Positions 40,401 through 52,493 of a stretch of DNA of 64,000 nt are shown in pieces (the stretch's first letter is position 1; each line of letters starts with the position of its first letter). The notes under the pieces are model-generated. The model was not told the origin of the DNA, searched no databases, and saw only the letters and a list, made by a program, of their open reading frames with translations. A program made the translations under genes and the position numbers. Source of the stretch: Balanoglossus misakiensis (Eukaryota > Animalia > Hemichordata); NCBI GenBank assembly GCA_040954595.2, contig CM082579.2:8483625-8547624 (forward strand). Reading direction: 5' to 3'.

Positions 40401-43400
40401 ATAGGGATCTTTTCGATGCAAACGGAAGTGAATAAATTGTGCCGGAGTTTCCAGGCATACAATTGTTGATTTATGGCCTAACATTCGGGGCAGTCATTAT
40501 CGTTGGCGTAACTTTCAGAAGACGTCGACCGGCAGTGTAAAGATCTCTGGACTTATACAAGTCCCTTCGGCAGTGTCAATCCTCATCTACCACAGTAGAA
40601 AGGCACTCCGTATACGGTGGGCTCCCAAAACTCCTCCAAGGCGACGGCACAGCTACCAGACCAGAATCAAAATGAGCCACCCGACAACGTGGCACTGGGT
40701 GGCTTTTATACGACCAAAAACTAACACCTGGTCACGCTAATATGTTAAATAAAGAAATCAATATAGGTGCACCTGGTCACGAAACAAAACAAATAATAAA
40801 CTTCATCACAAGTCTTACCGGAGTAGTTCCTTCGCACCAAATCGGATACTGAGTCCTCGTACAATTCCGCCCATTCAGATGGTACCTTCAAATCGCGACA
40901 GAGAATATATAAGGCATTGAAGAAATTTTTAGATTAGAGGCCCGGTATTATTAAAACACGCGTGAAAGGTCGGAGGGGTCACAAGGCAAGGATGTCCATT
41001 CGATGTCCGAAGGGAAACATCGAAAGATCCTGCGGTGCAATTGCCCAGCCTTGCGTTCTGGCGATGTACACAAATGTTACATTTTCAGCATATTACGTGA
41101 AAACACCCCTTTATTATGAAGTTTTGCCATGATTGTATTGCGTTGGCGGATGGGGTTGGGGGGGGGGGGGGGCTGCGGAGCCGAATCGTCAGAGAGAGGC
41201 GATCAGATACTTACGTCAGTTGGAGAATGGGGCTGTTGCAAGGCCATGAACAGGAGCATAGGGTCAGACTTATCGTGATCATCGATGTACTCCAGCGCTT
41301 TGTCCAGGAAAAGATACTGAGGATAGAAGATTGTCAGTGTTAAAAACGCACACGTTCTCTTCAAAACGCGTCGATGCAACATAAGATGAGGGTTGGTCAA
41401 AGTTCACTAAAGTAAATTCAGAAGAAATAGCCTCCCGTCCATTTGTAGTGCAATGTACTTGTTTTCCCGCATAGCGAGTGGTATTCGAGTTCAATACATG
41501 CAATCTTCGATATAGGACATTTGTACTCTCACAAAAATGTGCTGCACATGGCAACCGATAAAAAAGCTTATTCAGCTTACCGACGAGTATACTGTCTGGT
41601 TAATGGGCACAGACGGCTCACCGGCGATATCCTCTCTAAAGTCGATTCCGTTGTATTGTCCTGGAGCGTAAGGCCCTGGTACATGCAATAGAAATATGAT
41701 TAATAAAAATCGGGAATAAAACACATGTACAAATGTGGCCTCAGATTCTATGCTTAGTATAAGCTTACACTAAGATCTACACATAGATGTCAACGTAAAA
41801 CAATTGCGCTAATGAAAGTCATACACCGGCCCTCTGAACGATATATTGCCATTTAAATTAATATTAATTTAAACGCTTCCCTTAATTGGACCATAACTAA
41901 ACTATAATTGGACACAATTATGTAAATCACTCCCTCACCAAATTCTGAAGAGATATGAGTGTAGAAATCGACGCCTCCTTTGTAGAATCCATAGAACTTG
42001 TCGATGCCACGGTTGTTCGGCAGATAGTCTTCGTTGCAGAAGCCCAGGTGCCATCTGAAGGTATATAGTAAGTGTTTCAAACATATTTCTATCTGTTTTT
42101 GTGTAAATCATCAGGATATTTCATGACGCCACGCGAATTCGAACCGACGGGGGCAATGCGTAGAAGTGATGGGATTTCCATGGACAATGCAGAGATGACG
42201 TCATGGCACGCGTCAATCTGATTAAAATCAGATGTAGGGAACGGCGACTTGGTTTTTTTATGCTGTCATAAAAAAAAACGTCGCCGTCCCCTACATCTGA
42301 TTTTAATCAGATTGGGCACGCGTGGTTGTCAGCAACTTTCGGAAGTTAGGTCTCTGATGAACGTCTACATGTAGATTCAACTTCAATACGTGTGTCATGC
42401 TATACTTACTTGCCGACGTGGTATGTTCTGTAACCAACTTCTTGCAACAATTGCGGAAGAGTTTTCAAATCAGTTGGCAATCCGTGGTGTTTGCAAGGCA
42501 GGAAGACGAGGTGCTAAAGGGTCCAACCACAGAGAATTGCTTGATAATGATATCTTGTATAAATAAATATTTCTCCCCAAATTTTGACAAAGCATACATT
42601 CAAAATGAAAATGATCTTCGTCTTCCACAATACATGCATTGAAAATTTCACACAACCTTTCAGACCTGTCCAGACCTTTGCTGCGACCAGTTTCAATATA
42701 TAGAAAGCTGGTAACCGTATCTGTGAAAGGGCATTTCGATGTTTGTTGATTTTAACATTGAGTGAATAAATTTCCAGGCATGGGCTATACTGCAATTGAC
42801 AAAACATTTTAAATTACAAATCGTGGCAATTTACTTACCTGTGTACCCGTGCGAGAGGGATACATGCCAGTCATGAGGGCGGTACGTGTTCTAAACATTT
42901 AACATGAAATTAACAAAGGAAACGTCACCAGAAATGTCTATTAATATAGAAGTACATTTTATACTGAAGTGATCAATCTACAATTATTACCACTCGTAAT
43001 AATATACCTATTTTACTAGTAACTCCATTCTACTCCCTGGAAAGCAACGAGACGCTCACATGCACAGACATAAACTGTCATTTTTCAGCTGCAAGCAGTA
43101 CAGTTGTCCGTCGATACGGGGTTACAACTCCGCTATTATTAAAGGAGCAGGATTACGGTCATTTACTCCTTGCTATTTTCTCACTCACTCACTCACTCAC
43201 TCACCATCTTGCAAAAAAAACATACTTACGGGGTGCATACAGTCATTGTGTACAAGTTCTCCAGTATAACACCCTCTTCAGCCAAACGCTGTAAGTGTGG
43301 TGTGATCATGGAACTGTCATGCCAACTCAGATCGTTCCAGCCTATTACAAGCACGTATCAATTTGGACAAGAAAAGGCGGTCGTTAATATAACCTGAAAA

Positions 43401-44084
43401 GCAAAGTCTATTCCATCGAAACGATTTTCCGGATATAACTTTTGCCACTCTGTACTCCGTGACACTACTGACTGGGCCGTACTACCCGAAGTCATCGACG
43501 CTTCTCAATGATAGAGCCAGCAATTACTCCAAGTGAATCGAGGTTTTTGATCAGAATGCCCATCCTTCTCGAACGAGTTCTCAACATAAAGCTTGTCGTC
43601 GTCACCTGCCCGACTCACCTAAGTCATCGGCCAGGACATAGAGAATATGGGGTTGTTTTCCCCTCGCTGAAGCCTCGCTGCTTGCGCTTGATCTTGATCT
43701 TGAGCTTGAGCTTGAGCTTGAGTCTGAGTCTGCGCTCGAGTCGCCTGTAAATGGCCGGGGAAATCATTTGCGAGTCAAATAACAACGAAAGGTGTAGGAG
43801 AATTGGTCACCTCACCGCGGTATTAACTCCCGTTACGCATGCTCAAGAAAAAAATGTTGAGGCGATCGACTTTAAATTTTGTCATAATGATGGATTTCAG
43901 ACGCGTTCACAGCATCACTTCTCTAGAGAATTCTTGAATCCCGAACCCGCACAACCTGTTAGACTGAAACGATAGTCGGGAGGAAAATAACAAAGCTCTC
44001 CAACAATAACTTGACAAGTGAATACTCACCAGCGACCGCTACGACAAGTAGAGAAAGTAAACTGGCTGTAAAGATTATCATCAT
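37490..44084 (-). CDS. Arylsulfatase, ARSB/ARSI/ARSJ-like, secreted or lysosomal
   Basis: Signal peptide 44029-44084; PHILYVLADDLG (43619-43744); formylglycine motif CTPTRTALMTG split over exons 43229-43342 and 42839-42891; GKWHLG (42409-42522/41931-42055); PHSP; SDHGG..SNWPYRGNKGSYFEGGIK (40222-40321/39700-39836); HVTD; DGINIW; WKLIEG; LFNLRDDPFEEHNLA; stop at 37490. Exon ends approximate. Confidence 0.93.
38808..38841. repeat. (GGT)n microsatellite, intronic
   Basis: Direct reading; lies just downstream of a donor site of the arylsulfatase gene. Confidence 0.85.
42214..42314. mobile_element. 101-bp palindromic MITE with 9-bp TSD
   Basis: Arms CAATCTGATTAAAATCAGATGTAGGGAACGGCGAC / GTCGCCGTCCCCTACATCTGATTTTAATCAGATTG. 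Direct repeat GGCACGCGT at 42205-42213 and 42315-42323. Confidence 0.88.
42540..42810 (-). mobile_element. Decayed LINE (CR1/L2-group-like) ORF2 C-terminal fragment
   Basis: Frameshifted peptides RNALSQIRL and CEIFNACIVEDEDHFHFEC resemble the C-terminal CCHC region (C..C..VEDE.HF..EC) of non-LTR retrotransposon ORF2. Confidence 0.7.
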
Positions 44085-44380
44085 GATGTCTGTTCCGGCA
44101 CCCTGGTAATACTTGTGCAATGGCTAAAAGTCGAGAAAAGTTTGGATAGGCATACAATGCACGCGTGAAACAAGTAAAGATACTATAGACAGTGATAGAC
44201 CTGGCCAGTTGGGGTTAGGGGTGCACGTTCAATGACAATAGGCGGCGGGTTATTATGAATCAGACTGGAGTGTATAACGGTCACGGTAACGGTGAAGGGC
44301 CACAATGACGCTAATACAAAGACTGGAATTTGTTAACGGCACAATCTACGTCGGAAAAAACAAGACTTGTACTAGAATTT

Positions 44381-44452
44381 CGCAGGATTCGAACTCGGAG
44401 CCAACCGCCTACCGTTGCAACACAGTCAGCGCTCAAAACCACTCGGTTACCC
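44381..44452 (-). mobile_element. tRNA-derived SINE head or tRNA pseudogene
   Basis: A-box-like TAACCGAGTGG and B-box GAGTTCGAATCC on the minus strand; no complete cloverleaf. Confidence 0.6.
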
Positions 44453-46097
44453 CCCCCCCTACCTCTTCTTGCTGGCATGTCCGTGTTGCAAACAATAAAT
44501 CGAAATCCTGCTGTCATTAGGATCGCACTATGAATTGACACCAGTTTACATCATCGAGAACACAAAGAAGAATCCCGTGTCCATTATACTTACCTTCCTT
44601 CCTTCCTTGCACAGCCGAACAACTGACTGATACGCCAATTCCCATCCCTTTTAAAGGCAATCCACAGCAAAAAGAACGTACTGCGATCAATCATCTCCTG
44701 ACGTCTCTCAATCAACGCTTTGGTTAATGTACACAAAACATATGGTTCTTCGCTGTGTTAAAGGGATGGGATTCCAAGAGTGATTTAAAAAAAAAAAATT
44801 ACATATTCTTGGAATTTGGTTAGCCGATCGACGCCGTTTTACAAGGGACCTCCGTGTTTACACCAACCACAAGTCACCCGCCCGCTTTCGCTAATATCAA
44901 AGAAAAAAACCTGAATTTGTTGGGATTCGAAATCGCGGGGTGTTTTTTTATAACGTAATGAGATTTGAAAAAGAATCTCAGTCTCGCAAATGTGCTGTGA
45001 TCCATAGGAATTTAAACCGGCGGTTTGCTTTAATAAATACAGTATTAATGTAGTAATTTAATTGACTGACGTGTACATGAAATCGGTAGATAAAAGATAG
45101 CAGATGAAAGTGTGGACTATTCTCATTATGTGCGCATGAAACGAGCAAGATGGAACCCCTGAACAATGCATTGGACTCGGCCAATCAACCTCATTAACAG
45201 AGGGCACTTTGTTTTTACATTAACTTATTTTGAAACCATCTTTCATTTTCTGCACTAATTGACGACACATATTGCGATTCATATAGAACATCCGCTCAAA
45301 TGTTCACTTTGATGATACAAATTTGAATTGTATAAATGTTTATGTTATATGTCAATACACAGTCCTTGAGTAGAAATGCAATCGCATATTTGTTTGAAAC
45401 AAACAATTTCTTTCGAAATAGTGAATGGTTGAAAATAAACTAAATTTATTACTTTACATGAAAGTGAATCACGATCATATTGAAATACCGTATAAACGTA
45501 TGATATGCGAAATAAAAAAAATGAAATCATATTAAAGTTCTGACGAAATTGCTGACGTGTTTGGTGTCGTCGCGCCACATGAGAACAATTCTGCGCGTTC
45601 CCGAATATTTTTTTTTCAATTCTTGTAACTCTAAATACTCGAGTGCATGGTCAACGCGAACTCGTTATCTCAGGGCATTCATCTTTGTACCAATAGAGAA
45701 TGTGCTGACCAAACTTGGTATCACGACCAGATGGGTTTGGTAGTACAATACTACGCTTTAACCGACAAGTTACCCCCCCCCCCCCCACACACACACACAC
45801 ACACGCATGAATTGCACTAAAATGTTTTCCCGCTGAAAATTTTCGGTGACAATATGGGATGGCCGTTTGGTCGCAATTTTGAGGAAAATCAGAATGAGTC
45901 AAACGTCTGTATCAACTGTAATGGAACAAATAGGCCTACATACCAATATAATTTCGGTTCACAAACATGATGAAATCACTAATGACGATCATCAGAAACG
46001 TTTAGTACAGTGCAGGCGTGCACATGTCTGGCCATATATGGAACGAACGTCTAATTGCTTGGTGACTACTGCTACCAATAATGATTTAATGAATGAC

Positions 46098-46501
46098 CAG
46101 TGTACGAAATAAAGCCTGTCCGACAGTCCGAGACTGGTTGTTTTTCTGTAGGACTGGTAAAAATAAAATGTTACCAGTCCGACAGACAGGTTGAATTTAG
46201 CGTGGGAGTAACCAGTGGTATCATGGCATCTTTTAGACTTTTCCCAGTTCATGTATTGCAAATAAAAGAAACAATGATGTAAAAGCTTGAAAATTATCAA
46301 ATCAAAGTAATGTAAAGAGAAAGATGATTCCATCCCATCTTCGATTGTTCACAGATAAGGTAATAGCTTCTCAGTTGTATTTGATTACATTTAATTGTAA
46401 GGCATAATATCAGGACTGGTAAGTTTTTGGCAGGACTGGCAACTTTTTGAAGTTGCCAGTCCTGGTGACTGGTTGATATTTCCTGTGAATTTCGAACACT
46501 G
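46098..46501. mobile_element. MITE with CAG termini and 7-bp TSD (P-element-like)
   Basis: TIRs CAGTGTACGAAAT / ATTTCGAACACTG; GAATGAC duplicated on both sides; multiple internal GGACTGG/CCAGTCC motifs. Confidence 0.82.
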
Positions 46502-46687
46502 GAATGACAGCAGCTTTTGTTTTCAGTACATGTATTTTCGTTTTGTGATCCACTAGCAGTTTCTTGTTCAAAAAATTCCTGTCAAAAGCCCAACATTTAA
46601 CTTATCAACACAACAACATACTAGTATATGTGTATAGTCAACACTGTTATTATGTGCAAAATTGTATTCATCAGGCTAACAAAATGG

Positions 46688-46769
46688 CGACGAGGATGGG
46701 ATTCGAACCCACGCGTGCAGAGCACAATGGATTAGCAGTCCATCGCCTTAACCACTCGGCCACCTCGTC
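46688..46769 (-). tRNA. trnS-GCT: tRNA-Ser(GCT)
   Basis: GACGAGGTGGCCGAGTGGTTAAGGCGATGGACTGCTAATCCATTGTGCTCTGCACGCGTGGGTTCGAATCCCATCCTCGTCG: full cloverleaf with long variable arm, followed by CCA and TTTT. Confidence 0.98.
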
Positions 46770-47078
46770 TCTTACTATTTTAAGCTGTTAGAGTAAAATA
46801 TTATCGAGAATTTGTGAAGTAGAGACTTGCTTTGAGTGTGACATTTCAAAAGTCAGATTTGGAGTGGAAGACTTAGGTAATGATATCCCAAACTTGCAAT
46901 TTGATGTTGCGCACCGCTTTTATAGCGATGCATATAAATTCAGACGTGAACACGACTCCACATAAAGTTACTCAAACTAAAAACGAAAGCAGCCGCTGCG
47001 TTACACGGGCGGGGGGCTCTTTAACATACTGGCACATAAAATATTTCCGCCCGGTCGTCGTCGACAAAATACATATGG

Positions 47079-47160
47079 CGACGAGGATGGGATTCGAACC
47101 CACGCGTGCAGAGCACAATGGATTAGCAGTCCATCGCCTTAACCACTCGGCCACCTCGTC
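47079..47160 (-). tRNA. trnS-GCT: tRNA-Ser(GCT), identical second copy
   Basis: Same 82-nt sequence, followed by CCA and a nearby TTTT. Confidence 0.98.
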
Positions 47161-49677
47161 TCTTGTTAAGGCTACCAGTAACTATTGCATAACACACAAA
47201 AAAGTTGCACTACACCACACATTTTATCAAAGTTGATCAAATTCCAGTAGTAATAATCTCTATAAAATCTATTCGAATCATCAGCGTTTCAATTACATGT
47301 ATTACGATCATCATGTTGACCAAATTGTATTTTTGCGGTTTCCATGGATAACAAAGAGTAAATTGGACGCGGTAATCGATTAAGCGATCCTGGGTGAGGT
47401 AACACATTCCGCGAGGACATGTGTAATTATTGAAGATGGTCTTAAGATTTGATCATAGAAGTGACGAGAGCGCGAGCAGACGACGGTAAACCATGACTGA
47501 CGATTGCATCATCCAATGCATTGAAAGGGGTCATTTGAGGTCGCTATACACACGGCGATTGCAGGCAATGCATCACGCGGTCGACGGGTGTTCCGAACGT
47601 CCGTAGCTCCATATATAACCCCAGTTTGCGTCCAGTAACACATTATTACCAAAATCGAGCGTGATCGAAGAAGCTACATTTGCCGGCAGTCGGTGAGTAC
47701 CGTAAAAATCTTGTACGTGTATATCATTCACTTCACATACACAGAACGTGTATACGAGAGTTCTTTCTGAACATGCAGGCCAACCTGTATTTGCTGTATG
47801 TGTTTGCAAATGATATACGGCATTTTGGTTTTAAGATAGTGTGCGTGCGGAACACCAATATATCAATAACGAACGACCAAGAAACAGATTTTAACCTATT
47901 AACTGTATGTGTGTCGCTTTAATCTTCAAAGAACAGGGTATTTAGCTGTGTGCACGTGTTTGCGGTAGACTGCTTTCCGTCGGTCTATGCACGTGACAGA
48001 CGACGGTATTTCCAAGGGTATACCGTGTGGTCGTGCAAATTCTAAATTATTCTGTTTATGACGCTAACATCGATGCTATGTCGCAACCCTATATAGTCAA
48101 CAGTTGTTTTTCTTTGATTTTTTGTCTCTGTGGAAAAAATCCCTAAAATATGCAAGCGTACATATGGCATGTGTGCAGTAGTCCTCGCATTATTAAAGCG
48201 ATACCCTAGAAACTGCTTTCACGCATGCGGCGGAGATGATGCAATGTGTGGTCCAGCCAGAGAAGTTACTGCTCCGGTTTCTGACATTTCACTGTCTGTC
48301 TCTTTCGTCAAATAGGTCTGCAGTCATCCGACCGTTCAAAATTAATTTGAGAATGCTCGGGCCAAATTGTCTTAATTTTGCATAAAATACCCTAAAATAA
48401 ATACAAGAAATATATATATATCTCTCTGTGCTGATGCCATGTCAGGCGCTAGCTGTTTCAGGTATTAACGAGAGCTAAATAAGAAAGAATAATACTGCGA
48501 TTAAGAGTTATATGGGGTTTACCATATTCGTTATTTATGCAAATTGTAGACGTGCGCTGGCTGCTAATTACTGTACGGAAAGTCAGGCAGCAATGCATCA
48601 TAGAAACGAAATAGGCTTGCACGTGATTTTCTTTCAATACACGACTAAGGAGTACATTTTCTTTTCAATGTAAATTAACGCCTCGCTTTGCTAATTAAAA
48701 CAAAGTAATGCCACCTGTACTTTCAGTTGTCGCTCATGCATTGTGAAGTGCATGGTAAAAGAACGAGGTGAACATAAATGTGCATAGGGGGGGGGGGGGC
48801 TAATTGCTCCCTGAATGGGTTCAGATCACGGTGGTTTCCTGTACATGTAGTTATATCAGTGCGTATTTACATGTTTTTCTTACTGTTTATTGTTAGGTAC
48901 ATGTATTAGGATTTCTGGTGATCTGAGGTTTATTGCGAACAAGCCACTCGGTTAAAAGTTCCACGAATACATCATTGTGTAGTATTGAGCCCGGCTATAC
49001 AGTGCCGCTTTATCGACTCCAGCCAGACGAAATCAAATTTTACCTTTTATTTTTTTTCATCGCGTCACTATGGAAACCTGGTATCATCACCTGTCATTTT
49101 GGTTAATACACTCCCACTTTTCCTTCGAAAGCCGCGTTTTGTAATCACCATGACGTCACAAGTACAACCAAAGATCCTCGTTAAACTGAACTATCATCGG
49201 TCGGAGGGTGCGCAGCCGCACACCTCTCGAAGCTCAGGTGCCGCTGTTACGATTCTGCCTCGTGAGGGCGAGTGTGCGTTTTGTGGAGGTGGGACAATGT
49301 TCCAGGTTGCTCCTGGTGGACAATGTTATCAGCTACAGCCGTGTTCTTGTCGATGTAAACAAGGGACAGCTACTTCTTGTAAGAACAAATTTGTTCTGTC
49401 TGAGCTGCGCTTGCCAGAACTAGAAGCTCTCCTTGCGAGTTGAACACACCTGCGATACAACTACGTATACAGTTCACTGAAGATCCACGTCGCGTGACCT
49501 GACGGTAGATTTGCAGTCGGTCAGTCTGAAGCCGAGTTTCGACCCAGAAGTCCAGCAAACACAACGTGACTAGGCATCGACATTCAAGTTTTCCGATTGA
49601 AATACCGCCATCATGGGGTGTCAGTAGGGGACTCTGCCGTGTCACCCTGGGTGATATAGCACCTTTTACAAATCAAC

Positions 49678-52289
49678 ATGTTCGTTTTCAAGTTCACACG
49701 TGTTTCGTGCGTCCGTAAGTCCACGATGAGAATTGGAAGAATTCGCCGCTATTACGCGGCCATCGCAGCCGTCTTGGCCCTGTGGGGGTTCCTGTACCTG
49801 GTTTTTAGTAACAAGTTTCCGAAGTTTGAACAAAAGAACGGGCCAGGCTTACCAGAAATGGCGGCTGATAGGCCTACTGTGCGACAGGCTAAGGTCAGGT
49901 AAGTGAAGGAAAATTTTCTGGCTGATTTGAAATTGGTCGTCTGCGATAAAATATTGCATTCGTGTAAAATTAATAAGATTAAAAAAACTGTCATTTCACA
50001 CAACTTTACATTTTTATTGTGAATACGATATTTGTGATAATTCTTTCGCGTTATTATTATTTCACGTGATGTCCTCACTTTCGTAGTTTGAAACATCCCT
50101 GAGAAAAAAATCATTGGGTAGACAATCGTGTCACTAATAACTTCCCGCCATTTCATCTCGTTCTCCTGTATTATCTTTCCCCATTTTTACAAAACATTTC
50201 TGAAATTTCATGACATTGAATGAATACTAGTACCTGTCATAATAACAGACATGTACAATTTCCCAGTCTGGAAAAAAAACACTATTTTTCTTTGAAGGGA
50301 CAGTTCTTATGCGTCATTAGTTTCGATTGTTACCGGTAGTCGCCAGAGATAATCGTCGACCGCGCGTGCGCTGGTTGCCGTTGGAGACGATGAATTCTAT
50401 TCACGTATGACGATAGAGCGATAAAATGTAGAAAGGTGCCCCGGAGAATTTCCGTCTGGAAAATACGTGACATATTCCGTTTTGCCGAGCGCATTATTCA
50501 TTAATCATAAATTCTGAGGTTGCAATCCCAAGAGAGATTAACATTAAACCGGATTGGACCGTTTCTTTTTCCAATATCAGTCATCAAAGTCTACATGAAT
50601 TGATCAAAACACAATTGACTAATAATATTGACTTTTTTGCGTTATTAGGAAACCGCTAAATAGCTTGCATTGGAACATCCCGAGTTTTAAATCAATTGAT
50701 ATTATTATATTATTTCATGTTACAGTACAACTGTGTAATAATATTTACCATCACTACATCGAAGTTATTTTTAATAAGCAACGTGACTGCATATATTTAG
50801 ATTTGTGAGACAGTCTTATTAAAATTAGAAATTATTAATGTCACTATTTTACACTTTGTTATGTTTCAGGAATGCGCCGCAAATAAAGCAGGATTCTAGC
50901 GGTGCATGTCGGGAGAATACCAATATCGTGTTTATTAAAGTCCACCAGGCAGGCGGGAGCATAGTTTCCAATATACTGCAGGTAAATTTCATGCTAAACG
51001 TTTTGTGTCGTTTGTTATTAGGATAGTGTTGAGACAAGCAATAGGCATTTAGTGTAAACACTGGAAACGTGTACAACATGAAGTCGACATCTGACTTCAG
51101 ATGAGAGTTATTTGCTCATACTAATATTCTGTCCGCCACTATTTCACTGGAAGGCTACGAATCGACCACAGTTCTAGTCTCGGCCAGGGCAGGGCAAGAT
51201 ACTTGAGAGGGGGGGGGGAGTCAAAATAAATCACTGCATATCCCGCAGAGACTAGTTCAAATGAGACAATGCACTTCACCAGTCAGTACGTTCTTCAGCA
51301 AGAAAAATTCTTCAGAATTTTTTTTCTTGTTCTAATTTATCCCATTCTTTTTAATACGTTCACAGAGGTTTGGTGACCGTCGCAACCTCACGTTTGTTCT
51401 GCCGAAGGACGAGAACAGCGACTCGACTGGTTGGCCGTACTGTTTCCAGACCGACCACATGCTCCCGAGCAGCAGCGGTCGCTACAACATTCTCTGCAAC
51501 CACGCCGTGTACAACCCGAGGGAGCTGCGGAAGATCATGCCCTCTGACACCGCCTACGTCACCATACTACGTCACCCGGAGCAGCAGTTCGAGAGTCTGT
51601 TCAACCGCTACCGACTCGCCAAGTACCTCGGCATTCACTCGCCCGACCCGCTCCGCACTTTCCTGAAGAGCCCCGAGCGGTTCACGAGCCGAGTTGCGCC
51701 GAACGCCAACGAGCGGTTCCTGCTGCGCAACCCGATGGCCTACGATTTGGGCTTCGACCCCGAGAACTTCGACGACGAGGACGAAATCATGAAGTTGATC
51801 GAAGACATGGTGAGGAATTTGAAACTGGTGATGATCGCGGACTACCTGGACGAGTCGCTGGTGTTGCTCAAGAGACGGATGTGCTGGAGTCTGGACGACA
51901 TCGCCTACGTCAGACCCAGCGATGTCAAGATCCACTCGGAGCATCGGGCCGAGGTGCCGAGCGAACTCCGAGACATGCTCCGGCAGTGGAACGGCGTCGA
52001 CCACAATCTCTACCAGTTCTTCAATAAGACCTTCTGGAAGATAGTTCGGAGTCAAGGAGACGACTTCCGTCAAGAAGTCGAGCAGCTGCGCGCCCGCAAC
52101 CGGCAAATTTCGGAGCTGTGCACGGCAGAAAGAAGGCGTCGGTTCTCGGGAGGGGAAGCTGACGACGAACCGCGCACACTCAAACTACCGTTTGACCCAA
52201 GCATGTGTGATCAAATGGACACCTCTGTGCCCGAATACACCAAAATATTGCGCGACAAGCCAAACCAATATCTCAAATGGGAACTGTGA
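49678..52289 (+). CDS. Galactose-3-O-sulfotransferase (GAL3ST family), type II Golgi membrane protein
   Basis: Exon 49678-49898 with N-terminal TM; exon 50870-50980 (NIVFIKVHQAGGSIVSNILQ); exon 51366-52289 (RFG..LTFVLP, YVTILRHPEQQFES, LRNPMAYDLG, LVMIADYLDESLVLLKRRMCW, WNGVDHNLYQFFNKTFW). Start could be ATG 49726. Confidence 0.93.
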
Positions 52290-52493
52290 GATCCGTCTGC
52301 AATACAAAAAAGTATAGGGGCGCGAAGATTTCTCATAAAAATGAAACCTTTTTGTGGACCGCTGCTCAAGTTTATAATCTAGTGACAAAAGCGGCCATCT
52401 ATAATTTTTGTGGTTATCCCATCAAAAACGTAGGTATATAACGAGACAGCAAGTTAGCAATTAAGCTTAAATAAAGCTAGAACCATCCCCGTT

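Noticed and set aside
40985-41060. Small nested hairpin (GCAAGG/CCTTGC, TTCGATGT/ACATCGAA)
   Set aside because: No ribozyme core identifiable; too short to separate from chance.
51567-52106. 179-aa minus-strand ORF
   Set aside because: Antisense shadow of the GC3-rich GAL3ST exon.
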